DNA of 64,000 nucleotides from positions 124,001-188,000 of the IMG/VR virus record IMGVR_UViG_3300043399_000877. The stretch is one strand, 5' to 3'. The notes beneath the pieces are model-generated. The model did no database searches and was not told where the DNA came from. It worked only from the letters and a program-made list of their open reading frames with translations. The translations under genes and the position numbers were made by a program. Of this stretch, positions 50,701-58,214 are shown in pieces (within the stretch, counting starts at the first letter, position 1; the number at the start of each line of letters is the position of its first letter).

Positions 50701-53700
50701 GGTCCTTGTATACCTTGACCGCCTTGAACGCCTTGTACACCTTGGCTTCCGGTAAATCCACGGATGCTTGCACCGCTTATACCTTGAATACCCTGAATAC
50801 CTTGACTTCCGGTAAATCCGGCACCACGAATACCTTGAATACCTTGAATACCTTGAATACCTTGTGGGCCTTTTATTTGGCCTACGTTATTCCATTGTGT
50901 TCCATCGTAAACCCAAAAATTACCTGTTGCGTCATCTATGACACCGTTTCCGGGTTCAGCTGGATTGCTTATGGTATTGAAATAATAATTCAAATACAGC
51001 GATGGTTGATTTGGTCCGCCTGCCGGGAATACTGCATTTACGTCAGCTGCTGATCCGATTATTAAAAGTGCTGGACCGTAGGTTCCTTGTAGACCTTGAA
51101 CGCCTTGGCTACCGGTAAATCCAGTAGACCCAACAATGCCTTGTATACCTTGACGACCTTGAATACCCTGAATTCCCTGGCTACCAGTAAATCCAGTTCC
51201 TCCAGATTGACCACTGATTCCTTGTAGACCTTGAACGCCTTGACTACCGGTAAATCCATTTTGACCTTGTTGGCCTTGAATACCTTGGCTACCGGTAAAT
51301 CCTCGGCTACCAACAACACCAACGCCATCGGTTCCTCGGATACCTTGAATGCCCTGGGCGCCTTGGCTACCAGTAAATCCAGTTCCTCCAGATTGACCAC
51401 TAATGCCCTGAACACCTTGAATTCCCTGGCTACCGGTAAATCCAATAGGTCCCTGTGAACCTTGAATACCCTGACTTCCGGTAAATCCTCTAGCACCAAC
51501 GGTACCATCTATACCTTGTATACCTTGCAGGCCCTGGTTGCCTTGTACACCTTGGCTACCGGTAAATCCTCGGCCACCAACAGTACCACTAATACCCTGA
51601 ATTCCCTGGAGTCCAGTGGATCCCTGGATACCTTGGCTACCGGTAAATCCTCGGCCACCAACAGTACCACTAATACCCTGAATTCCCTGGAGTCCTTGAA
51701 CGCCTTGGATACCTTGGCTACCAGTAAATCCTCTAGCACCAACAGTACCGTCTATACCTTGTATACCTTGAAGTCCAGTAGATCCCTGGATACCTTGGCT
51801 ACCAGTAAATCCTCTAGCACCAACGGTACCGTCTATACCTTGTATACCTTGCAGGCCCTGAACGCCCTGACTTCCGGTAAATCCTCTAGCACCAATGTTA
51901 CCATCTATACCCTGGATACCTTGAAGGCCCTGGACGCCTTGACTTCCGGTAAACCCACGAGCTCCAGTTAAACCTGTTTCACCCTGGGAACCTTGGACAC
52001 CTTGTCGCCCCTGGATACCTTGAATACCTTGGCTACCGGTAAATCCAGTAGTTCCATTTAATCCAGATATACCCTGAATACCCTGTATACCAATACTTCC
52101 AGTAAATCCGCGGCTACCAACAAAACCTGAATTACCAAGAGATCCTTGAATACCTTGGATACCCTGGCTACCGGTAAAACCAATTACCCCACGAATGCCT
52201 TGAATTCCCTGTGGTCCTTGGATACCCTGAATTCCCTGCGGTCCTTTTATTTGACCTACGTTGTTCCATATGCTGCCATCAAATACCCAAAGATCACCAG
52301 TAGACTGATCTATTACCCCGTTTCCAGTAACTCTGGATGGGAATGTGTCGTTTAAGAAATTATTGGGATTTCCGGTAATATTTACATTTTCAACAGAGCC
52401 TATTACAGTGAGTGATGGTCCGTATGTTCCCTGTACACCCTGTATACCTTGGGATCCTTGGATACCTTGAATGCCCTGACTTCCGGTATATCCAAAAGCA
52501 CCAGCACCACCTTGTATACCTTGAGTACCTTGACTTCCGGTAAAACCTATCGGTCCCTGGCTACCGGTGTATCCTAGGCCACCTATTGGACCACTTATAC
52601 CTTGGATACCTTGGATACCTTGGCTACCAGTATATCCGCGACTACCAACAAAACCAGTATTACCTATTTCACCAGTTAGACCCTGGACCCCTTGAATACC
52701 CTGACTACCGGTAAATCCTGTTAAACCACGAACACCTTGAATACCTTGACTACCGGTAAATCCAACGCTTCCGGTAAATCCGCGTATACCTTGGACACCC
52801 TGACTACCGGTAAATCCAACGCTACCTACGTAACCTAAATCTCCACGATCACCTTTGGTTCCTTGTGGACCTTGAATACCTTGCGCGCCGACAAATCCGC
52901 TAATACCCTGAACACCTTGGATACCTTGGATACCATCAACGCCTTGTATTCCTTGAATACCCTGTGGTCCTATGCTACCAGTATATCCACGACTACCCAC
53001 AAATCCGTCAATGCCCTGGAGTCCTTGCACCCCTTGGAATCCCATAGGTCCTTGAATACCCTGGGCACCTTGTAAACCTTGAACCCCCTGACTACCGGTA
53101 AAACCTGTAGATCCACTTATACCTTGTAAACCTTGTAGGCCTTGTGGTCCAATTGTTCCTTGAACTCCATCTTGACCTGCAAGACCTTGCTGACCGGTTG
53201 TTCCTTGAGCCCCAACAGTTCCCTGAAGACCGTTAGCACCTTGTAGACCCTGTTGTCCCACTGTGCCCTGAGCACCGGTTGTTCCTTGTGCGCCGTTGGC
53301 TCCTTGGACACCCCGGCTTCCGGTAAATCCAGTTATACCTGTAGTACCCTGAGCACCATTGGATCCTTGAATACCCTGTGGGCCTTGTGGTCCAACTATC
53401 TGACCCACGTTTTCCCATGAGCTTCCATTGTATACCCAAAAATCGCCAGTAGCAGAATCTATTACACCATTTCCAGCTACTGCTGCTGGAAAATAATAAT
53501 TAAGCAGGCCTTGTGGGTCGTTTGGTCCACCTGTCGGATAAACAGCATTAACATTGGCTACTGAACCTTCGATAGTTAACGCGGGTCCATAGGTACCTTG
53601 AAGACCTTGAGTACCTTGGCTGCCAGTATAACCCATACTACCAATGAATCCAGTTTGACCGACAATTCCTTGGGGTCCTTGAATGCCTTGAATGCCTTGC

Positions 53701-54077
53701 AATCCCTGTGGACCTTGTGGGCCTTGCAAGCCCTGATACCCTTGCAAACCTTGTGTTCCTTGGGAACCCTGCAGACCCTGTGGGCCTTGAATTCCCTGCA
53801 GACCTTGCTCACCGGTAGCACCTTGTATACCTTGACTTCCCTGAGCACCTTGTAGGCCGCGCTGCCCTTGAATACCCTGAATACCTTGAGGACCCTGGAG
53901 TCCCGGAGTCCAATAGCGTCGTCCGTCAGTATCACCAGTTAGGTAATACCCGTTATCCTCTGGTAAGCCAAGATTTGGTTCAGCCTCACCGGGACGCATG
54001 AACTCATATCGCTTATCACTTATTTCACCAGGCGGTATAGTCTTTACTTTTTTAGATATAGGATATTTGTCACTCAT
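47742..54077 (-). CDS. Giant segmented collagen-like tail fibre (fibre 2) with C-terminal S74 chaperone
   Basis: 2111 aa; Gly-X-Y blocks separated by three homologous globular domains; C-terminal GEITAYSSDERLKTNI...YEKLTALLIEAVKEL. Confidence 0.9.
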   Translation of the reverse strand: MSDKYPISKKVKTIPPGEISDKRYEFMRPGEAEPNLGLPEDNGYYLTGDTDGRRYWTPGLQGPQGIQGIQGQRGLQGAQGSQGIQGATGEQGLQGIQGPQGLQGSQGTQGLQGYQGLQGPQGPQGLQGIQGIQGPQGIVGQTGFIGSMGYTGSQGTQGLQGTYGPALTIEGSVANVNAVYPTGGPNDPQGLLNYYFPAAVAGNGVIDSATGDFWVYNGSSWENVGQIVGPQGPQGIQGSNGAQGTTGITGFTGSRGVQGANGAQGTTGAQGTVGQQGLQGANGLQGTVGAQGTTGQQGLAGQDGVQGTIGPQGLQGLQGISGSTGFTGSQGVQGLQGAQGIQGPMGFQGVQGLQGIDGFVGSRGYTGSIGPQGIQGIQGVDGIQGIQGVQGISGFVGAQGIQGPQGTKGDRGDLGYVGSVGFTGSQGVQGIRGFTGSVGFTGSQGIQGVRGLTGFTGSQGIQGVQGLTGEIGNTGFVGSRGYTGSQGIQGIQGISGPIGGLGYTGSQGPIGFTGSQGTQGIQGGAGAFGYTGSQGIQGIQGSQGIQGVQGTYGPSLTVIGSVENVNITGNPNNFLNDTFPSRVTGNGVIDQSTGDLWVFDGSIWNNVGQIKGPQGIQGIQGPQGIQGIRGVIGFTGSQGIQGIQGSLGNSGFVGSRGFTGSIGIQGIQGISGLNGTTGFTGSQGIQGIQGRQGVQGSQGETGLTGARGFTGSQGVQGLQGIQGIDGNIGARGFTGSQGVQGLQGIQGIDGTVGARGFTGSQGIQGSTGLQGIQGIDGTVGARGFTGSQGIQGVQGLQGIQGISGTVGGRGFTGSQGIQGSTGLQGIQGISGTVGGRGFTGSQGVQGNQGLQGIQGIDGTVGARGFTGSQGIQGSQGPIGFTGSQGIQGVQGISGQSGGTGFTGSQGAQGIQGIRGTDGVGVVGSRGFTGSQGIQGQQGQNGFTGSQGVQGLQGISGQSGGTGFTGSQGIQGIQGRQGIQGIVGSTGFTGSQGVQGLQGTYGPALLIIGSAADVNAVFPAGGPNQPSLYLNYYFNTISNPAEPGNGVIDDATGNFWVYDGTQWNNVGQIKGPQGIQGIQGIQGIRGAGFTGSQGIQGIQGISGASIRGFTGSQGVQGVQGGQGIQGPDGVGSTGFTGSQGIQGLQGIQGISGTGTRGFTGSQGIQGIQGIQGIRGQDGAGLTGFTGSQGIQGIQGIQGIRGQDGAGLTGFTGSQGIQGIQGRQGIQGIQGSNGFGDTGFTGSSGYTGSQGIQGRQGPQGTQGSNGFGDTGFTGSRGFTGSQGMQGIQGIKGTDGLGDTGFTGSRGFTGSQGIQGFQGNTGFTGSQGIQGSSGVGFTGSRGFTGSQGIQGNQGNTGFTGSQGVQGPSGAGFTGSRGYTGSQGIQGIVGPQGIQGITGVGFTGSRGYTGSQGIQGVRGYTGSGGTAGPSDTILATDETSGGLRFPVFVAATGVDSTALAASTKLGFNTTSGQLRLSSGTNASPSYSFIGDTSTGMYLSGTNQLGITTGGSQAAYFDANGNTNIVGNIGLKDSLPATNYIINASISGSSNTTSLRSLVTSVSTTDGVLSASRIHYGIVNDVTITEGSLLGADGITSYTLSGFSGYNRIFAGNANDVAVAGTTFIGGYNEATNRGTGTIASVIGSQNIGQNTRSGSTTTSLYSTYNKINVDAGSVGTSYINYNWIEVDGGTLSTTFGDYTRLDSDIVAPGNAGEGYLYYGVYEGEWKSRWGIYVSNENSNFFSGGLQVGGTAGFGSSDGLGVGTTPPGANTILAAGVIIGTGQLVVRGGSAASSDGGQLVLGYGNSAADTITGQTNNTWNIDVDPTNTLRVFKVDSAGTLIPMTVATDGTVAFTDQVNMTGNISGVTNTATGVRLNVANSTFTDTTTAAGGTVSQRNHATFRTPTFTSTNTMTITTAANVKIDAAPVAVLPTTITNSWALWIASGRTYLQGSGTAAAPALAVRDVDTGIFSSAVGSFNVTTAGTIAATFGATGNFSAVGEITAYSSDERLKTNITTIDNALDKITSLRGVTFDWDHKKAETLDFVPRKDRDVGVIAQEVFKVLPEAVRNAPFDIDPETGTSKTGEEYLTVQYEKLTALLIEAVKELKAKVDRLEGK

Positions 54078-54127
54078 TTTTGTTCCATTATAGCCGATTT
54101 ACTATTATTTATCAATATCGACTATAA

Positions 54128-54916
54128 TTAAAACCCCAAGTGTTTACTTCTCACAAAGTTTAAATCCCAGGTAGTATATGAAATAGGAATTGCAGAACCA
54201 GAGAAGGGTTCTGGATTTGGGTTAACTAAACGCCATCCTTCTCCCCATTTTTTAGTAAGATACTCAATATTCATGTTATTTGCTATATCAAGCCTAGGTT
54301 TCAAGTCTGGTTCACTTTTTTCAGTTTGACTTCCATGTTCATAATATTGATTTTTATCTGCAGGACCGTGCAAATAAGATGCATTTGTGCCAATCCATCT
54401 TTTTATAGGACGATAATGAAATCTCATCAAATAATCTGCGTCTTCACAATATGCAGGATATGTATTTTCGTCAAATAATCCAAATTCAGAAACTATAATA
54501 TCACGAATCATAAACAAATCCCAAGCACCTATATTAAAATCTCCGGGATTTGGGTGGATCATTCCAATATAAGGATCTGACTCAGCTATTTCCACCATCT
54601 CTTTTAACAACCCTGGTCCAAATGCGACATCATCATTTACTATGATCCAGTAAGGTGCATTCATATAACATTTGATTATTAAATTCCAGGCGCCAGCACA
54701 TCCTATGTTGGCTGGCATATGGACAACTTTAATTTTATCAATATAGCGATGTGTTATTTTTGTTAAAGCATTTAATTCTTCGTCGATTTCTCCACGACCG
54801 TTGTTGTTTATAATAACAAAGTTTTCTACTGGATAATCAACACTCATAATTAATCTTGTTACCCAGAACGGATTTGACACTATTGCAGCACCAATAACTG
54901 GAATTTTATTCATCAA
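54128..54916 (-). CDS. GT2-like glycosyltransferase
   Basis: VIINNNG, NIGCAGAWN, IVNDDV (DxD-like), FGLFDEN.YPAYCEDADY. Confidence 0.8.
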   Translation of the reverse strand: MMNKIPVIGAAIVSNPFWVTRLIMSVDYPVENFVIINNNGRGEIDEELNALTKITHRYIDKIKVVHMPANIGCAGAWNLIIKCYMNAPYWIIVNDDVAFGPGLLKEMVEIAESDPYIGMIHPNPGDFNIGAWDLFMIRDIIVSEFGLFDENTYPAYCEDADYLMRFHYRPIKRWIGTNASYLHGPADKNQYYEHGSQTEKSEPDLKPRLDIANNMNIEYLTKKWGEGWRLVNPNPEPFSGSAIPISYTTWDLNFVRSKHLGF

Positions 54917-56748
54917 CGATCTCCGAGCATATAACTTTCAGCTTTTTTAATTTTGTTGTTAACTGTTTTTATTTTTTCTATAACAGATTTTTTTATCAAA
55001 GACGGATTTACGTACCAATCTTCGTATGCGCGATATTCGTCAGGTGCTATATTGTCAACAACCAATTCATATCCCTTGCTTTTTAAGTATTCACGAGATA
55101 GTTCTCTAATTTTACTATTCTTATCCGTGTATGCGTCATGTTCAAAAGTTATAACACCGAACGAATATTCATCAAATGGTATACTTAAAAGAACGTTATA
55201 TGAAACTTCTGGAGGATCACAATCTATTTGTAGGTAATCTATATTTTTCTTGAATTTGTGATTTTTTAGCAGAGTCTTATAATCGACTTCAGTTGCATCT
55301 GCATGTACACAAGGATTTAACCGACTAGTCGAATATGCATTTGCAAAATCTAGATTTAAGTCTATCGATACACCAGTCCATCCAAAACTATTTTCTAGCA
55401 AGTAAGTATTATTACCGTATTGTGGATTTCCAGCACCTATCTCAAGATAAGTTCCAAATTGCTTTCCATCATGGGCAGCTAACACAAACATATCTTGATA
55501 TGACTCAGAATAGTTTTTTTCTATATTTTCTGAATTTTTAAATTTAAAATTTAGTTTTGCATGTTTTTTTGCTGTATAACTTTCAATTTTCTTAGTTACA
55601 AACGCATTTAAATAATTTAAATTATTATAAGTCAACGTAGTAAATTGCTCGTTCATTTCATAGTTAACATAAAGATCTAAAAATATATTTTTAGATTCTT
55701 CTTGAAGTCCGCACCACCAGGCAGTGTGTGCCTTTTGGAACAACAATGCATACTTTCCCGGAAAATCCACAGTTGATCTCAATGGTTCTAGGTTGTCAAA
55801 TTCACAAACATCAACAGCAATTGATGCAGTTGTATAAGAATCAAACCAACGGCCATCGGTGTTGTGCTGGCTTTCATAAAACAAACTCAAGTAAAAATAA
55901 GCTTCGGGCCGTTTCGGAAGTAGTGCAACTGCGTGTTGTAAAAATCCTTTTACAGTAAATTTTCTAGTACCCTGAGATTCAAAACACCTTGCACATTGAA
56001 TAAGGCATTCGTATTGTAGGAGTTTATTTTCAGTTCTTTCAGCTGTTCTAATGTAATATGAAACTGCGCTTGCTGTTTGTCCTATATTATGATAATATCG
56101 CGCAAGCAAGTAATTATTTTCAGGATCATTTGGACTTAAAACATAATTTTTTATAAGATTTTCCACCTTAATTCCAGTTAACCAATTATAAAAACTCTGG
56201 ACAGAAATTAGATTTAACCATTCATTTCTGTTTTTATCAAAGTTTTCGTAAGTTATTTCGAGATCTGTTTTTAAGAGTTCTTGATTTCCACTAGTAATAA
56301 CGCTGCAACCATAATCAGTATCTACTGTAAAAATTTCAAGATCATTTCTTGTTTTTCTAAAATGAACTAATGATTTCCAACAATCACCATTCCAAGTTCC
56401 CCCAGTAAACGGTATTACTTGGTGCTCTTCTTTTGCTGGATTCATGTCATGGCAAATTATAAATCCTCCTGGATTAAGAACTGCCAACGAGTTGTCAATA
56501 TCCTTTATAACTTGATCACTATGGTGAAGCCCATCAACAAATATAACATCAAACGTTTCAGTGTTATTTTTAAAAAAATCATCAGATGTTAATGTATGTG
56601 TAGCTAGTGATAAAGGTTCTGGATCTACGCCAATTTTGTACTCACATTGTATTTGAGAAAAATTCGATCCGTCTGAAACTCCAATTTCTAAATACTTTTT
56701 TGCAGAAATTCTTTTGATAATTTCATTTATAATTTTAGTTCTATTCAT
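54913..56748 (-). CDS. Class I SAM methyltransferase + TPR + FkbM-like methyltransferase fusion
   Basis: YLEIGV, FDVIFVDGLH, GGFIICHD; TPR-like YLLARYY..A..YY and PKRPEAYFYL; SESYQD, YLEIGAG, YLQIDCD, VITFEHD. Confidence 0.8.
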   Translation of the reverse strand: MNRTKIINEIIKRISAKKYLEIGVSDGSNFSQIQCEYKIGVDPEPLSLATHTLTSDDFFKNNTETFDVIFVDGLHHSDQVIKDIDNSLAVLNPGGFIICHDMNPAKEEHQVIPFTGGTWNGDCWKSLVHFRKTRNDLEIFTVDTDYGCSVITSGNQELLKTDLEITYENFDKNRNEWLNLISVQSFYNWLTGIKVENLIKNYVLSPNDPENNYLLARYYHNIGQTASAVSYYIRTAERTENKLLQYECLIQCARCFESQGTRKFTVKGFLQHAVALLPKRPEAYFYLSLFYESQHNTDGRWFDSYTTASIAVDVCEFDNLEPLRSTVDFPGKYALLFQKAHTAWWCGLQEESKNIFLDLYVNYEMNEQFTTLTYNNLNYLNAFVTKKIESYTAKKHAKLNFKFKNSENIEKNYSESYQDMFVLAAHDGKQFGTYLEIGAGNPQYGNNTYLLENSFGWTGVSIDLNLDFANAYSTSRLNPCVHADATEVDYKTLLKNHKFKKNIDYLQIDCDPPEVSYNVLLSIPFDEYSFGVITFEHDAYTDKNSKIRELSREYLKSKGYELVVDNIAPDEYRAYEDWYVNPSLIKKSVIEKIKTVNNKIKKAESYMLGDR

Positions 56749-57794
56749 TATACTTTGTGATCCGCTATAAATTCTTCAAGTAAGTTTTTGGGCATACGCA
56801 ACACATATGAAGCGTTGTCTTGAAACCCGAAAGTTATAAGAACATCATTGTTCCAATAGCACATGCCAACAGCAAACTCGACGTGGCCGTTCATTAAAGA
56901 AAAGTCTTTAGTTATATGGACTAAATTCCAGTTTTTGTCCCATACAACAAACCTATGACGATAGACTGCATCTTTTCTACCAACTTCACTGGTAAAAAGA
57001 TCAACTTCGTGAGTTAATGCAAGGTAGTGCTCGCCCCACGAAATGACTTGTGACCCACCGCGCAAGTCTGCACCAAGTGGATAATGTTGTGTTAGGTGTG
57101 TAGTAACTGATGCGGGACTGGTTGTACTTGCTTGCACTACTTCAGTAGGATTGCTCCATTTAACATACGTAAATGGTGTATCTAATACTGGCATCCAATT
57201 TTTTTCACAATAAGAATTTTTGTCTTTGGGTGGTTCTATCCGGTGGCGCCATACTTCACGGACTGCTGATTCGGTAACTTCTAATTTTGAAAGTTCCATT
57301 CTGCCTTGACCGTGCGTAGTAGTATCTCGTCTAACTCCGGTTATATATAATTCACCATTCCAGCGAACTAACCTCGCGTCTTCTAATCCTACAAAATCCC
57401 ATAACGGTTCATAAGTGTCAAATCCACTTGTGTCAATTAAGTTATATCTTTCTATTTCAAGATTGTCGTTTAATTCACAGTACCAGTTAAGTGTACGCAA
57501 ATGCATATCATTTTCTGGATGAAGGTAAGTTAACGGACCCCATTGATGTTGAAATAATTTTTTTTCTGAATGATAAAATGTGTAATTTACGTGACGTATT
57601 ATCACAACAAGCTTTCCATTATCATTTAATATGGAAGGGTTCATCAACCCGGTTCCATTTGTTTTTTCGGCAGGCAATATTAATGGATGTATACTTCCGC
57701 CGTTCTCTAACGAATATTTGCTAAGGCTGAAATCGTTATCAAAATTGTAATGTTGTTCAATTTCAGTTGATGTTTTTTTAGGTCCTAAGTTCAT
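56748..57794 (-). CDS. Five-bladed beta-propeller glycoside hydrolase/phosphorylase-like protein (GH130/43-like)
   Basis: MNPSI, GLEDARL, EKNWMP, LRGGSQ, VEFAVG, ITFGFQD motifs; ATG 57794 has a GGGGA SD (ORF track start 57824 is less likely). Confidence 0.65.
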   Translation of the reverse strand: MNLGPKKTSTEIEQHYNFDNDFSLSKYSLENGGSIHPLILPAEKTNGTGLMNPSILNDNGKLVVIIRHVNYTFYHSEKKLFQHQWGPLTYLHPENDMHLRTLNWYCELNDNLEIERYNLIDTSGFDTYEPLWDFVGLEDARLVRWNGELYITGVRRDTTTHGQGRMELSKLEVTESAVREVWRHRIEPPKDKNSYCEKNWMPVLDTPFTYVKWSNPTEVVQASTTSPASVTTHLTQHYPLGADLRGGSQVISWGEHYLALTHEVDLFTSEVGRKDAVYRHRFVVWDKNWNLVHITKDFSLMNGHVEFAVGMCYWNNDVLITFGFQDNASYVLRMPKNLLEEFIADHKV

Positions 57795-57800
57795 GAATAA

Positions 57801-57843
57801 ATCCCCATTGTAGTTATTATACATGGGGATTTATTATTGTCAA
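57801..57843 (-). promoter_or_regulatory. Consensus sigma70 promoter with its -10 box inside an RBS-occluding hairpin
   Basis: TTGACA 57843-57838, 16 nt, TATAAT 57821-57816; hairpin 57801-57830 whose 3' arm holds the SD. Confidence 0.65.
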
Positions 57844-57854
57844 TATTGATTTTA

Positions 57855-58208
57855 TTATTCGTTAGCTGCTTCGTTTAAGCTCATAACAAAATCTACAGAC
57901 TCGTTTGCACTGGCGTATGCATACAACCGGTCACCTTGTTCAAGAACCACTCGTCCTGCTATTGCAGAAAGCACATCTTTTGCAGGAATTTCAATATCAG
58001 GAACAACATAATATTGTGACGGTAGCGGAAGTGTTGGTTTTTCAATTATCACAGTAACACTTACCGTATTACTTGAAAAGTTTGCACAAGTTGCAGAAAG
58101 TATAATTGACGACACCGTTTGTGGTGCAGTGTATATCAACGTTGAACTAGTTGTCAGTTTTTTAGTTATGCTTCTAAATGCGTTTAACGGAATTAAGGGA
58201 GTTACCAT
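57855..58208 (-). CDS. Small beta-rich hypothetical virion protein (paralog of 39899-40363)
   Basis: IYTAP...SIILSATCAN...IPAKD...GRVVLEQGDRLYA. Confidence 0.7.
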   Translation of the reverse strand: MVTPLIPLNAFRSITKKLTTSSTLIYTAPQTVSSIILSATCANFSSNTVSVTVIIEKPTLPLPSQYYVVPDIEIPAKDVLSAIAGRVVLEQGDRLYAYASANESVDFVMSLNEAANE

Positions 58209-58214
58209 TTAATT

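Noticed and set aside
49845-53935. Numerous short overlapping ORFs across fibre 2
   Set aside because: Same shadow effect from repetitive collagen codons
28482-54077. Diversity-generating retroelement or invertase-based fibre switching
   Set aside because: No reverse transcriptase or recombinase, and the two S74 C-termini are divergent paralogs rather than a template/variable repeat pair
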